From contig JANPLN010000047.1 in the NCBI GenBank assembly GCA_031426555.1, positions 1 to 47,253 on the forward strand: a stretch of DNA of 47,253 bases. Direction: 5' to 3'. The notes beneath the pieces were generated by a model. The model had not been told where the DNA came from and ran no database searches. It worked only from the letters and a program-made list of their open reading frames with translations. Both the position numbers and the translations under genes were made by a program. Shown in pieces: positions 47,241 to 47,253 of the stretch (positions within the stretch are counted from its first letter, which is position 1; every line of letters begins with the position of its first letter). This stretch comes from Bdellovibrionales bacterium. GTDB lineage: Bacteria; Bdellovibrionota; Bdellovibrionia; Bdellovibrionales; JAGQZY01.

Positions 47241-47253
47241 GAGAACAAAATGT

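Overview
Gene-dense bacterial chromosome segment, most likely from a Bdellovibrionota predator. This taxonomy is inferred from the many secreted and lipoprotein hypotheticals, YkuD_2 L,D-transpeptidase, SLT, LysM lipoprotein, Rsm22 methyltransferase and long-form TDO. About 42 CDS; no rRNA, tRNA, CRISPR array or transposase recognised. Housekeeping and metabolic genes include ridA, pyrF, sodB-hutG-ltaE-kynA, bcp, mutA-like/scpA/meaB, greA, mgtE, nrnA, gloB, MazG-like, cysQ, rpmG (missed by the ORF track) and a TonB-dependent receptor. The standout region is 2818-12170, an apparent synthase-dependent polysaccharide locus with an architecture I do not recognise. It has a PgaC/IcaA-sized GT2 (no PilZ), a PgaD-sized 2-TM protein, a TPR-less outer-membrane barrel, a membrane-anchored GH9 and a ChoK-like (chitosanase-type) GH8. 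Divergently sit two paralogous CE4 deacetylases flanking a lytic transglycosylase. The hypothesis is a beta-1,4, partly de-N-acetylated (chitosan-like) polymer rather than PNAG or cellulose. Also seen: three sigma54-type promoters (two divergent around phased repeats), a TPR + catalytically degenerate retropepsin protein, and two families of short palindromic repeats at gene ends, one of which supplies stop codons. All calls come from reading motifs by eye; no database searches were run.
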